Shown here one piece after another: positions 42,401-55,875 of a stretch of 64,000 nt of DNA (within the stretch, counting starts at the first letter, position 1; each line of letters opens with the position of its first letter). The position numbers and the translations under genes are program-made. The DNA lies in NCBI GenBank assembly GCA_051362555.1, contig CM120647.1, forward strand, positions 12,314,651 through 12,378,650, in the 5' to 3' direction. The notes beneath the pieces were generated by a model. It was not told the origin of the DNA. It worked only from the letters and a program-made list of their open reading frames with translations, and did no database searches. The stretch comes from Lingula anatina. Lineage: Eukaryota; Animalia; Brachiopoda.

Positions 42401-45400
42401 ATACTCATATGAAGTACTTTTTTTTGATGAATTAATTTCAGTCATACAGATTATTAGCTATAACTGCTACGATGTATACATATACGTTTCCATTCAGTTT
42501 TTACTTTTACCTTATCATTATTTTCGGAGAACTGATACCTTATTCATTTAATGGTTATTGGAAACATTCCATATAGCTATTTAGAAAGCTTTTACAAATG
42601 ATTTTTTTTTTTGTTACTGTAACATCCTTTTGCTTTCAGCATTTATTCTTCTTCTTTATAGAGCCTTTTACAAAATGTATATTGGTTATCAATACAATTA
42701 TTTAGACCAACAAATGCTGGTCTAGGAGAAAAGTTACATAAAATGAATAAATATGCTAAAACAAGTTGTCTTAGTGACAAGACTTTTATTTTATTTATTC
42801 TCACCTTACAGTAATAAGTCATGTACATTTAAAATAAGTGACAATGTAGTAGGTCCCTGGGATTCCAGCAAGTGGATGATTATCATTTTTTTCATTAAAT
42901 CAATACACTTTAGTAGCATGCACTAAATCAAATGTTCTAATAAAATAAATAAAATTTTTTATTTCAGTCTCAGTTTGCATCGAAAACTATTTTAAAAACT
43001 TTATCAGATTTCAGTACTATCATATAAATATATGTAAACTGCATTATGTTATGGGTTGAGAAAACTTTAAACCAGTAATACAGATGCAATTTTCAGCTAA
43101 CCTTGTACAGAAATGCACATTGGGCATGTAAACTGGGTTTTACGAAGTGTTTTTTTAGAACATTTGACTTCAGCACAAATGATATGTAGCCAACTTTGGC
43201 AAGTGCTACACTGTATCCATCAATGGTATCCTTTATTTTGGCAGAATGCTATGTTGCAGGCTTCATCCTCTGACTTTCTTCCACTCTTTCTAGTTTTCTG
43301 TCTAACATATTCCCTAAACCACTCGCAGTGTGTGCTGTCGATACTGTTCAGTCCAGCTCCTTTAAGGATATCTTCTGCATTCTGTAAATAAGAGTGAAAA
43401 AAGTGTAAGACAGTTAAAAATTCCTTTACTCCTGAAAAAGCTTTTTCAAAGCTTGTAGTTTCTGTTAATTTAACCAGTTATTACGTAAATAAAGCTACTA
43501 TTTCGGATACATAAAAAAAAATTATATTCTGATAACTTGGTAAATGCTACAAGACAAGCTACCAAATGTACAGACTAAATAGGTAACAGAAATATCAAAC
43601 TAGTCATCTACAATAAAATGTAAAGGAAATGTTTGTTTAATTTTATCTCATATGTTATACAAGAAGAGACATTTTCAATCTTTGTTCTGTGAGGGATGCC
43701 ATGTCTATACATAAGAGAAGTATATTACAAAATAAGCACCTGTACTTGTACGACTAAGGTTCAAGTACAAATGCTATTAAACCACTTTGAAACATTATGA
43801 ACAGCTTCATATTTTGGAGGTATCCAGACGCAACAATTTAAAGTTTTAATGTTACCAACATTTGTGCAGATGCTCTAATGAACTTTTGACATTACATGAC
43901 ATACATATTGATTAATGATACATTTAATCAATTTACTCTATGTAGCACACTGGTGAAGATCAATGCATTGAATAAACACTGACTGAAAACTTGAATGATC
44001 CCTTGAAATCCCCAACCCTAATACAGTATATTCCTTTCTGAGAGAGAAAACAAATTTCTGCTAACTTCAAAGCAATAGATACTATACCTATGAGATCCAT
44101 CCCAACTAATTCCAGAGGCTCACTGACTGATATGGGCTTAAGCTCTGGGCTCTGAGTCTTTATCTTACTTTGTCTTTGGTATGCATCACACGCTTCAATC
44201 TGCAGCAGAAAGATTTTTCTGACGTATATCAATTGTGATCCGTCCTATTATTTTGCAAAAATAATAAAACTACAAGTACACTGAATCTCCTAAACTACTA
44301 CAAATTAGTCACTGATGCTACATGGGCACTATCTGAATAGTTTACAAACACACTGTCTCTGGAGTGAACATAATAAGAAAATGAGAGAACAGTTTCATTA
44401 TCTCTGTATGTATTAATTAAAATTATTGTTATTCTTTTTATCAAGAGCTTATAAAATATGTTGGTATTACCTCCAATATTTCTGTGACTGTCAGTCACCA
44501 TCATCAGGGAGTAAAAATATAAGAAAACTCTTTAAAGCAATAAGCTAATGTTTGAATTTCCATGTGTATTAAGTATAATAAGTTAATATGGCTTATTCTG
44601 ATCAGAATAGTATCTGATAATACATACATATTAAGAAATGTACCTGAAGATCTTTATATAGAAGAGCTTAAAACAAAGTGTACCTGTTTTGCTCAGACAT
44701 ACTTACATATTCTTTTACATCCTGTGTCATCTTGTACCAGACATATCCTCTACATCCTAAATAACTCTATGTCTGATGCCTGATTTGTCACCTTTGCCAA
44801 CATAATAAAGGTCTCCTGAAGAGAAAAAAGTTACTTGTATGCATTCCCGTACATCAAATACACGGAATTTAGAACGTATATTCATTGTTTACTACAAAAT
44901 ATAAAGAATCCTGCAAAGGGATAGAAGCCATTCAACCATCTATCTTGGATAATAATGGTTTACCAGCCAGAGTGATATCTAGATATTGTGCCACACATGA
45001 TGATGCACTGTAAGGGTGAGGTAAGGAGCATATCATGAATCAGAATAGACTTAGATGGAAAATATGATTTCTTTGCCAGACATCTGGACTCATTTTAAAA
45101 ACCAATCAGATATGCCAAACTACAACTACTGACCTTCATCATCTAAAACATGAGTCTGTGCACTTTCTCTTATTTTCCTTAATTCTTTAGGGTCTTCCAA
45201 AAAGTCTCTCGGTCTCCCGTACTGAATGTACCGCTTCACTTCCCTCATAAATGTAATAAAGTCGTCATTTTTTTGTAGCCATGCTGGAAAATGTATAAAG
45301 TCACAAATAAAAACATTGCTCATTATGCCTTCTGCAGAAAAAGAGGGACCATAACTTCCATCTAATTAGGTTTTAAATTTGAATGTTCACCAATAGTGTG

Positions 45401-46286
45401 GCTCCTAGTTTATACTCATATGATAACAAATTTACATCCAAATATTTCAATTTACAACCATAACAAAGAAGTTGCTACATAAACATGCACAGTCTGAGGA
45501 ACATCAAAATAAATACTGCACCCTGAAGACATTTTCCCTCTCTGAAAGCTGCTGGGCAATATGAGGAGTTTTTTCTTCCTTTTTAAAGCCATCATGCTTA
45601 AAGTGTCAGTCATCTTGGTTAGGCTGCTTAAAAAGTAAGTGAAAGTTATCAGATAATAATGCTGCAATAAGACAGTTTAAGAACAATCAACTGTAACTGG
45701 TGATGTAATCTCCTGATAAGATATAAACTTATGCTGTACCTGAGAGTTGTCATTTCATTGTTCTCATAATGTCAGACCAAAACTGACAGGTGATTAGCTC
45801 TGAGCTAGCTTAACCAAAATGACATTTTAACTGAGTCAAAGTGACACAAACATATATACCTTTAATCAAATCCATTCTTCAAGATATTCAAACTGAAAAC
45901 AGTCCACCTGTGATAAAAAAAACTCACTTGATTTCAGACAAACAGATGGTTAAGACCATATAATCAAGTTCAAAAATCTAACAGGTGACCTACTGTAATA
46001 TTCTTGTTTCAGTGCTTTAGAAAAAGAATAAGATAAATAAAAATTAAATTTTTTTAACTTAATGATTATCTTGGTAAGGACCATAGATACAAGCCTGCAA
46101 GCTGAAAGGTAATTAGGAAATTACCTAATAACAAAGTTGGAGACAAACCCTTCTTCCTATTATGAGACTATTTCTGTTTGACTTTCTTTACAAGAAAACC
46201 AACAACTCTCCATACACGTACGTATATTTTGTACTTACTACATAGTTAAATTTGGAATATATCTAATTATATGATTAATTTAAAGA

Positions 46287-46328
<42 letters not shown>

Positions 46329-47314
46329 AAGAACGATTTAAAAATACATAATTTTCATCAGAGATTTGCCAATTTTCAATGAAATATTAGGTACATGTAT
46401 GTTTGTTCTTTATTACAAGCCCAAAAAGTGAATTTTATCTACTAAATACTATTGAAGAAATAAGCATATGTTGAATACTCCTTCCCACACAGTTAACAAT
46501 GGCTATGAAAGAAACCTAGGCTGTGCACTGTAGTAAGAATCAAATTAAAACATATTAGTTAAACAATCAAATGTCTATTATAGTGTGCAACATTGTATAT
46601 TCAGCAACGAAATTCCAAACATTTCAGATAGAGAGGACTTGCCTAAGTAATAATAACTTAAAATCAATAATAGACATACAGAATTGTCATTCACCAAATT
46701 TAAAGGCAATTCTCAGCATCAGTGTGCAGAAAATGTTTATTTCTACTGCAACTGTGTGTATCTTTACTGAACATCTGTCCAGGTAATTCAAGTGATTTTG
46801 TTAATACACCGAAGAGTGTAGACACATTTCGACACATTTTTGATTTTGTCATTATGAAATTGGTGGGCACTACTCTGAGTAGTACATTATACTTACTAGT
46901 AGTAGTAACTCTACCTGCTGTGTAAGGTTACAAATTGACATGAACAAGTAAAACGTACGTTAGACTTACTTGCCAACTGGTAGATGATTTTTCCCCTTTT
47001 TTCTACTTTATTCTTTTGAAGTAGACCAAAAAATCGCCGATATCAGCCTTCCTCAGACCGTCCACTTTAAGTGATTTCCTCCTACATGCTGTGTTTTCCT
47101 GAAGTAAATGGCTCTTAAAAGTAAACAAACATCGTACTCCATGTTTCTTATCATCTGTTAAATACTTCTACTTATCAAATCTTATATAAATCGAGCATAA
47201 TGTTTTGATAAATCGATTGAGACGGACTGTACACGCCGAAGTCTCTCAGATTTGCCTGCGCTTTGTGCGCATGTGCAGAACGGATGGTTCACGCTCCGAG
47301 CCCTACACGCCACA
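39479..47314 (-). mobile_element. Ginger1-like DNA transposon (Gypsy-integrase-related), decayed, intron-containing, with PHD finger
   Basis: TGT...ACA termini, ~40-bp imperfect TIRs sharing GCGTGAACCATCCGT, and CCGG TSD (39475-39478, 47315-47318). Integrase remnant ACDAYQR..PELKPISVSEPLELVGMDLIG (~44088-44200), FSKW and RHGIP remnants (~43690-43795), PHD WIQCSTCQSWLHIICA..FTCPMC (~43105-43260). Absent from the paralogous region ~12400. Confidence 0.82.
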
Positions 47315-47962
47315 CCGGCTTCGAGGTATAATTGCCAGGTCCCTACAGCGACAGCGGGTTTGGAGGCGGGGAGACCATCCGGGAATCAGTCGGTGTTGAT
47401 TTTAAGTAGATCACAGCTATATTTGATCTGCTAGTCCGAGGATCATCTGTTCTGAACGCGTTCTTTCATTGACAGGCCACATGGCCTCTACTGCTTTGAT
47501 GTTTCAAGAAAATGGACACAATGTACCGTTTCTGAAGAGCCCCTTTATCTCCGGCTGGGGTCGAAATCACGAGGCGGACACTCTTACCCCGAGACCTCCA
47601 GGTTGGTATGATTAAATCTTGCAAATAGAGGAAGTTGGATTTAAGTTTCCCTTGACACGCCGGGTGTGTGCAGGTGGGTTGGTATATAAAAAACTCATTC
47701 CAAATGAAATTGTCGTTCTACGTATATCTATCCAACTCCGCAGGCATTCCCGTTGAGTTCAATTACCAGATTACGATTAACAGATGAACACGCGTCCTCC
47801 TGGCGTTGAGTGAATACAGTAATGCTGGCTATTAAACGAGTACGTTGGAAAAAATAGGATGTGCTCTAATCTGATTGCATTCAGCGAAAGTCCCAGCAGA
47901 GTTGAATCGATCTACGTAGAACGATAGTCTCATTGGAAATGAGTCCACCAGGATCAGTTTGC

Positions 47963-48014
47963 TATATATGCCAGTGACCCAGTCATTTTACAAGTTGCAC
48001 CGTCGGAGAAGCAG
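47963..48014 (+). promoter_or_regulatory. Putative TATA element and non-coding first exon of the EGF-LCCL gene
   Basis: TATATA at 47963 followed by a strong donor CAG/GTAAGA at 48014/48015. The next acceptor (TTCAG, 48478) lies 6 nt before the ATG at 48485. Confidence 0.45.
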
Positions 48015-48484
48015 GTAAGAAGGCGTGAGATGTTTCTGTAAAGAAAAATTTTGATAACAGCCTCAAAGCGTTTGACTCATGAATGTGCGTTTAACTATCC
48101 AAGTGACGCTTGGAGTGGAAAAGATTTACGCTTTATTCTATGGATTATGTCAGTAAGTCATATTTCTAATGACTACATACATACAGGTACATCTGTAGTT
48201 GTTACCAGAGTGAGAGGAAGAGCGGGGCAGATAATTGAAAGTTGAGTATTCTGTAATATAGTCGACAAAATTGCCTTTCGTCTGTATTTAGGTTATGTGA
48301 CCATTTTGTCTGTTTGCTTACAGGCATAAACTACCTCAATGTGGTGGCGTTTTAATGTGTAATATGTCAGCATGTATCCGGCCAAAATAACCTTTAGAGT
48401 ATCTCAACCTTTTTCAATGCACCATGTTCCTTTTAAAGTTCATTCGATATATTTACCCGAGAGCATGTTTTTATTCAGATCACT

Positions 48485-51400
48485 ATGATGCAAGGGGCAC
48501 TGTTTCTGTTGATAGCCTCTCTAGCGTAAGTATTTACACCTATATACAGTAAGTTGATTTTTATCATAATTATTGTGTGTCGATAAATAAAATGAAAATG
48601 ATTATTTTTAACATAAATTCACCCACCTCATATTTATTTATACAATAAGTAGGAGGAAAAAAGGAATTTAGAATATATATAATTTCCTTGTAATTCTAAT
48701 ATTATCTCTGTTACGTGAACTTTTAATTCAGAACCTCTTGTTTATTCCCAATGAACATTAATACCATATTTACAGGTCAAATCCTAATGCCGGAATGGTT
48801 ATATATTTGATACGACACTTATATTTCATACTTTTATTTAGGGGTATTCACGCCGCATCTTTGGATAATGCCAACATAACCGTAACCGTTGTAGGTAGGT
48901 TCGTACCATCCACTTTGAGTCACATTTAACCTCATATGAATTATTTCACTCACGTGACCCTAGAGGGATAACATCGGTTATTTTTGGTCAAAAGGGAATT
49001 TTTTATAGGTAAACGACTATTTTTCCATATTGAATTAATCCGTTCCGACATACAAAATTAGACATTTTTGTAGTTTATAAAAAGAGTTTTTGTACTTATC
49101 TCTTTAGAGAGGTCACGTGGCCCAATGGCAAGCACAGATTCCAGAATATTCGATTAGCGCCGTTTGGGTGGTAAAATAGAATTGATTATATTTCTATGAG
49201 TTGTTTACTATGTATTCATTCTGAGATGTGGATGTCATGCAAATATTTGTTATCCATTTAGTGTACAATGACACCGCAGACTGTTAAAATCATTTTCCCC
49301 GAGTACTGCCCGATGACGTTCATAGTTTTGATAGTGTAGCAGTAGGTGTGATCTCCCTATTATGTGTTCATTCACTTTATAATTGTTTGTACACGTTACT
49401 TAGATTTATCATAGGGCTTAGATGGACACATTCAATCTACTGGAAAAGGTGAAAATATAGAAAAAAAAAACAGAGCAAAAAACGGCAACGTTCTTGAAGA
49501 AATAACATAAGCTAATTTCTTCCTTTCAAGAGATTTGTTCTTTCGACTCGTGCCGAAAGGGAGAAGTCTGTCAGGACTTGGACCAAGGCGGGTTTGTGTG
49601 TATATGCGACCCAGCGGCAGTTGACGCGCAGTGCAGCATCCGGCTGACCTGTACCTCCACCTGGGACACCGTCTGTAAGAGCAATTTCGGAACTGAAGCT
49701 TGTAGGTAATTGTGCATGCTTGATTGCTCAAGCAAGACTACTGGCATTTTATCAAAACGAGGATTGTCAGCTTTAACATTGCTATCTTGATGTCTTGGTA
49801 GTTTTCATATACTACTGTCTTTATTTCTCCACATTTGGCATGGTTAAGAATCGCCAAGTGGTTCTCGTTCTCGTTCAGTGGTCTTATTCGCTTATCAGAA
49901 AGCCTAACCAACGGTGAACAGGGAATCAAAACACATGTTGTTGATAACGAGACTTCGCCCCCTTGTCGCAGCACATGTGTCAACTACATCACGCCGTGCC
50001 TGTATTCAGGTCAATAGATAGTTTCATCAATGGGACAGTTACAGCTGCATGGATTAATATGCTCTAGATCATATTTGTAATATAATATTATGATTTAATA
50101 CAATAACCGGTTATTATTTTGATTGTAATTGTATTACATTATAATATTATTTAGAAGGCAATATATCCAATTGAGAGTATCATTTCTAATTCATTTCAAA
50201 TTCATTTATATAAATATAACCCCTAATGATATTCTGACTTTTTTTCTAGATTTATAATTAAGTGTTTTGTTGCTTCTATAGGTTTTATATTCTAAAATTA
50301 TTATTAGTCCTTGCACCCTTTAACACACTGAATTCCCGCCTATTCCGCTGTACGGTATTCAGTTCCAGTAAACTTCTGTGTCCGAAAGACAAAATACGCA
50401 AGGTCATGTGTTACAGTTTTAGCCAATCTCTGCAATACAATTCAATCTCGCAATAGTACATTGCAGCGGCGATTTTTAACACAGCGGTAGCCCGACTTTG
50501 ACTTCTTGTGTTAAGAGAATGCCTCATTGCACATGCCACCCTAACGGTTTCACGTCTTCATTTTCTCGTGATTATTATTTCAACGCAATTATTTTCTGGT
50601 GACCCGGCTGTCATTATTTTTGTAACATTATCTGTTTGTTTAAATGTTATATTATTTTATAGAATTACTTAATTCATTAATCCTATTTTACACCTTATTC
50701 ATTTATCTTTTTGGCACAATTATCAGCGTGACATTAGCGCACCTTTTTCTATTTGAATTGTCTTTTTTTTTATTTTTGATGACGTTAGATTTATTACTGG
50801 TACTTGTCAACTGCATATATAACTTTAATTTTCCAGTGTGTGGTGTCCACCAGACTGCCTGGCTGCCGACGGTGTCGACATCTGGGGGACAGGCATTTAT
50901 ACAGGGGTACGGTAATTATTTGGGATTTCTGCTCGGTTCACTTTTTATGCTTTCTAATTTTTCCATGCTTTATCATTTTTGGACACTCGCATCAATCTAC
51001 AATGTACTACTTGATACGGGACCATCTTACTTTTCCGTTGGTGTTAAGTGTCTCTCTAAGTAAAGTCCTTGTCCGATATATAATAAATCCGTAAACCAAA
51101 CCTTTATTTTTCATGTACCAAATAGATCACGAATCCCCATTATGAGTAAATATGCAATTTGCCAATAGATTACATATGTACAACTCAATACAGAATGTTA
51201 TTATAACATTACCATAGCGTTAATTAACTAAAAACGTTATGGTAATGTTAAAATAACGTTTGATGTTTGCTGGGGTTTATGTAATCACATGTTATATGTA
51301 ATTGTTATTGACTGCAATAGGATTCCTCTATATGCCGAGCAGCTATTCACGACGGGAAAATGAAGGGCGCCAATGGCGGCGCCTTCGTTTTGGGATACTT

Positions 51401-54328
51401 GCCAGGACAGGACTCTTATGAATCCTCTCTCCAGAACGGCATTCCGAGCACTGGGTTTGTATGAACTGTTGTGTTCATAGGCATTAGTGGATCATGTCTT
51501 GGTAGTGGGGTCAAGAAAACGTAAAGCGACATAAAGGTGAAAGAAATGAGAAAGGAAGAAAAAGTTGCTGGTTAAACGTGGTTTTGGAGGCAAAAACAAA
51601 CTATAGACAAGAGAAAGAAGACAATTAAGAAAGACTACCATTGCTATAAATTGTCATAAATGTGCTTGATAAATAGCATATCATTAATTTCAGTTTAGGT
51701 GATGTCTCGATTGGGTCTGTAATTTTGTGTTTATGTGTTGCTATAACACTTGTTGATAACCATCAGCACATGTTGTCACAGACACATTAGCGCAGGGCAT
51801 ACATATACACAGTTGAAAAAATAACCAGAGAGAGAGAGAGAAAAGAGAAACCTTCTGAACGGATGTATTTTTGCAATGATGCTTTCTGTCTTTTAAGTTA
51901 CGGCGCATGGGATGAATCATTCCATTTCGTTGAGCCTGGCTGCTCTGATGACACCTGTCCTTTCGGGGAACGCTGTAAACCTTTGTCACAAGAAAACACT
52001 GTGTGTCTCTGCAACTCCACCCACGCCCACGACGCGTGTTACGTTCCCTTGGATTGTACATCGGACTGGGAGACTGCCTGCAGCCCATTGGTTGGAAAAG
52101 GACCTTGTAGGCACGTGTTTGGATATTCTTGTAGACACATTGATCGATTTCTGAAAGTTTGCTCCAAGATATTTATAATTAACTCAGGGAGACAATTTTA
52201 TTCAGTATAGGGAAAGTTAGAGTGATAAACAGCATTTAGTGTCAATATACTGGTGTAAAATTAAGAAATCAGTAGACAGATTGGTATATACGAGAAATGT
52301 AATGACTTAAAAAAGGGGATTTTTTAAAAAATGAAAAAAAAAGCGAAATGCGCAATAGATAGTTTTTGTTTAAATTACTTTTACATTTGATCATTTAGTT
52401 TGTTTTATAGTCAGTTACTTCATTACTCGATTGGATAGTACATTTAGAATTCCGAAACCAGTAGATAAATGTGTATATACGAGAAATTCAATTACCTTAA
52501 AAGAAAAAAAAATTGTAACATTGAAATGAATTTGAAAAAAGGAAGTAAACAAAGTACATCTATGAAGCTGGTATTTTAATATTATCGTATTGTAAATGTA
52601 GGGTATGGTGCCCCTCCGGGTGTCTGAGCATATCTGCTGCTGTGTGGGGATCAGGCGTATACACAGGGGTGAGTGTTTATTATTCTCTTTTAATTTATTA
52701 TTAATAATGAGAAGAATTGGGTCGATTAATTGGGTTATTAGTAAATCGATGAATAACAATCAAAATTAAGTTGATAAATAAGTTAATCAGTTACTTTGGC
52801 TAATTAATAGATAATTTAGTTCTATGATAATATATACGATAACGGGAATCAAGCTACCTTGGCGGAGGTCTGCCTTCTCTGAGTGCTTTTCCAGATTTAT
52901 ATATTTTTTATTCTATCTTATTTCATTTTAAATGCATACATATGAGAGTTGTCATCTTTTGCTTGATTCCTGAATAAATATGTTATAGTGACAACAACGA
53001 CGATCTGGAGCTTCAGATATTTATTCCCCACACACACAATTTTTCACAGAATCTACAAGTATTTATATTCTATTTTCCATTCTCATATTTCCCATTCTCA
53101 TATTACAAAATTATATTCAATATTTCCTAATTTAGTAATTTAAATGAGACTTGTTTATGATTAAAAAATATTTAAAATATTTCCCGAAATACTCATCTTG
53201 GATCTTGTCCAACCCGAGTATGCATGAGATCTACACGTGTTAAACACGCGCAAATCAGATGAGAAAAATTAACCAATCTGATCCAACTATATCGGACTCT
53301 GAAACGTTCCACCCTTTCCTTCTTCGAGAACAGTCTCTACACTCGTTGACACTTTAAGACATTTACTTTGCACTCGATAACTTCCTACACGTCTAATTCT
53401 GTTTTAATTGTTTTGTAATTGCCGAAAGTGTATGTCATTTGCTTTACAACAAATAGCAAGTTATACTCTTCCCCGAATTAGTTTCTCTTGATTCCGTTTG
53501 TTTGTCTATTCAATCAATTATTCATCAATTTATTTGAACAAGGATTCCAGCATTTGCCGTGCGGGTCTTCATGACGGTCGTCTCGCGCCATCTGGCGGCG
53601 TTTTAACCGTTGGGTACGTTCCTGGGAAAGAGGCCTTCATCAGTGTGGCTCAGAACGGGGTCAACAGTATCTCGTGAGTATCACGAACTCATCACGTCCA
53701 GTTCACATGTGAAATGAATGACGGGTTCATAGATGCCCTTCAACCTGTGATAATTTTGTCATATTTAATATTTGGATAATGAACATGATGTAAGGACTTA
53801 AGCACAGGATGAAAAAGCCTGCGCTATGCTACATAACCAGGTTACGTACTCGACTTTGTAGACTTTAAATTCCTCCAAATATAATTCTAAAGTAATTTGG
53901 TTTTATACTAGTGTGTTAAATATTCATTGTCGTTGAAACAAAATGAAGAAAAATAGTAGATCATTGCTGCATCACAAAATTAATAATTAATTAATGGTAA
54001 ACATGTCCATACATACTCTCATTTTTGACACAGAATGCTCTTTCAGACAGCTTCGAAACAGTCTATTCAAGTATCTTGCTGAAGCCATTTTGGAAGCTGT
54101 CAGTCTATTTATTTATTTGTTTATTTATTTATTTTTAGCAGTTGTTTAATTATTTGTTTATTTATAAACATATTTTCTTTCTTTTTTTCTTTTTCTTTTG
54201 TTTCTGCATGTAGATATTTTGACATTCGTATACGATATTTCTCATTTCCCATTAGGTATGGTAGCTACGACACCGCCTTCAACTTCCTGAAGGAAGTCAA
54301 ACCCACGGAGGGCACCCTCATAGGCTGA
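48485..54328 (+). CDS. Secreted (EGF-like + LCCL)x2 protein, 318 aa; exons 48485-48525, 48842-48894, 49531-49705, 50837-50906, 51321-51454, 51898-52110, 52602-52668, 53543-53673, 54256-54328
   Basis: Phases consistent (957 nt). Signal peptide MMQGALFLLIASLAGIHA; two 6-Cys EGF-like modules; two LCCL signatures, VWCPPDC..IWGTGIYTG/DSSICRAAIHDG..QNGI and VWCPSGC..VWGSGVYTG/DSSICRAGLHDG..QNGV. One intron needs a GC donor (52111). Confidence 0.85.
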
Positions 54329-54362
54329 ATATATGTTCGGTAGCAATGTCTTGTCTTTTAAA

Positions 54363-54408
<46 letters not shown>

Positions 54409-55875
54409 AAGTCTATCAAAAGCATCATGTTTGATATTGATAAGTGACAGTTGTAAGGACAGAAAAGAAGTGTGGGTTGATATTTCCATGGGAAACTTTT
54501 GAACTTAGGAATAAAGCGGATGTATTATTATGCACATTTGTTAAACATTCCTTTTTTTTTGTTGTTGTCGGGTAACCATTTGAAGAGCATTCTAGGTATT
54601 CAATATTGTAAAAGAAATATTCGCGCTGAATTTAATTTTCCTCAGATATTTCTTCTTACTCAAGAACCGTTGCTCACACGGCATTGCACTTGGTACATGT
54701 TGTATTTATGTTTTGTACTATTCACCAGTCACATAACCTTCTTCTTATCCAATTATAATTCATTTAATACGCCTTGTCTTGCATAGACTTCAGGCACTTA
54801 TACTGTATTTAAAATGTTTTATCATTTTAGATCTGACTTTGGGAAGATAAGCTAAGAGAGATTTAATTTTGACAGAAAATATAGCTTTAGGACGTCTTAA
54901 CACATTCATGTTATATTGACGCGTACGTGTATATTGCCGGCGACTTTTTCCTTTTTTATTTTTCAAGTTCATTCTATTTTATTTTTTATTTTATTTTATT
55001 TATTTTTTGTTATTAGACAGCCTTCTTTATGTTTGCGATAACATGCAGTGAACTTTGCTGTATTTTGTCTGACCGTTTCATTTTGACATTTAACCTCAAT
55101 CAGCTTACTGTTACTCATAAAAATCAAAGTTTTCTCAAAACAGGCACAATTCGGAATTATTTAAGAGACTGAAAACGCGTTATACACGTTTTTTAAAAGA
55201 TTTTACATGAAACGCAACTTGCGGTTAGCCGGCTAAGTCTCTGAGTAGTTTTTTGCTAGGACCTATAACCATTGTCGGCCTTGTTGTGTTGCGAAACTGG
55301 CCTTAGGTGGTTTATTTAGGAGGGGTTAAAAGTTGGGTTCATAAATGGGGGTAAGTAACAGCCAACAGTTGGAACTGTTTGTCTTCATATAAAATCCATG
55401 GCTGTGAGGCAAATTTCAGCGAGAAAAGGGAGGGGACGCATTATCTTAGGATACGGTGAACTGAAGTGAAAACGAGGTCATGCTCGTGAAAGTGCGGGGG
55501 GCAGCTCTACATGACAGCCACTCATTTAATTTGAAAATGGAATAAAAAATCAAAAAGAAGTGCAGAAATTGATCGAGATGCTTTAGGGAAATGACGAAAC
55601 ACCGAGATTCAAAGGGCGTGGAACTTGCCCCCCCCCCCCTCCCCTTGGCGGTTTAAACAAGACAAAGAAATCGTTTACTTGCAAAAGCATCGGAACAATT
55701 TATTTTCTTTAAATTCAAAGCAAAAAAATGAGAACAGTTGGTATATTTCACCTAGTAAGTTACCCTGTTGGTTACGAAGTTGCACAGTTCATCACTAGTT
55801 AATTCAAAATAAAGTCATGACGTCAGCAACACGAATGCACACCGTTAGATGGCGTTAAAATCAGAGATTTTTCCT

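Noticed and set aside
49674-49680. GTAAGA at 49675 as the donor of EGF-LCCL exon 3
   Set aside because: Wrong phase for the next exon, and it would cut the CKSNFGTEAC segment that aligns with CSPLVGKGPC in the second repeat; the donor after 49705 fits.
49738-50017. Intronic ORFs with a VLRQGG segment resembling an RT motif
   Set aside because: No further RT motifs recognised; too weak to call.
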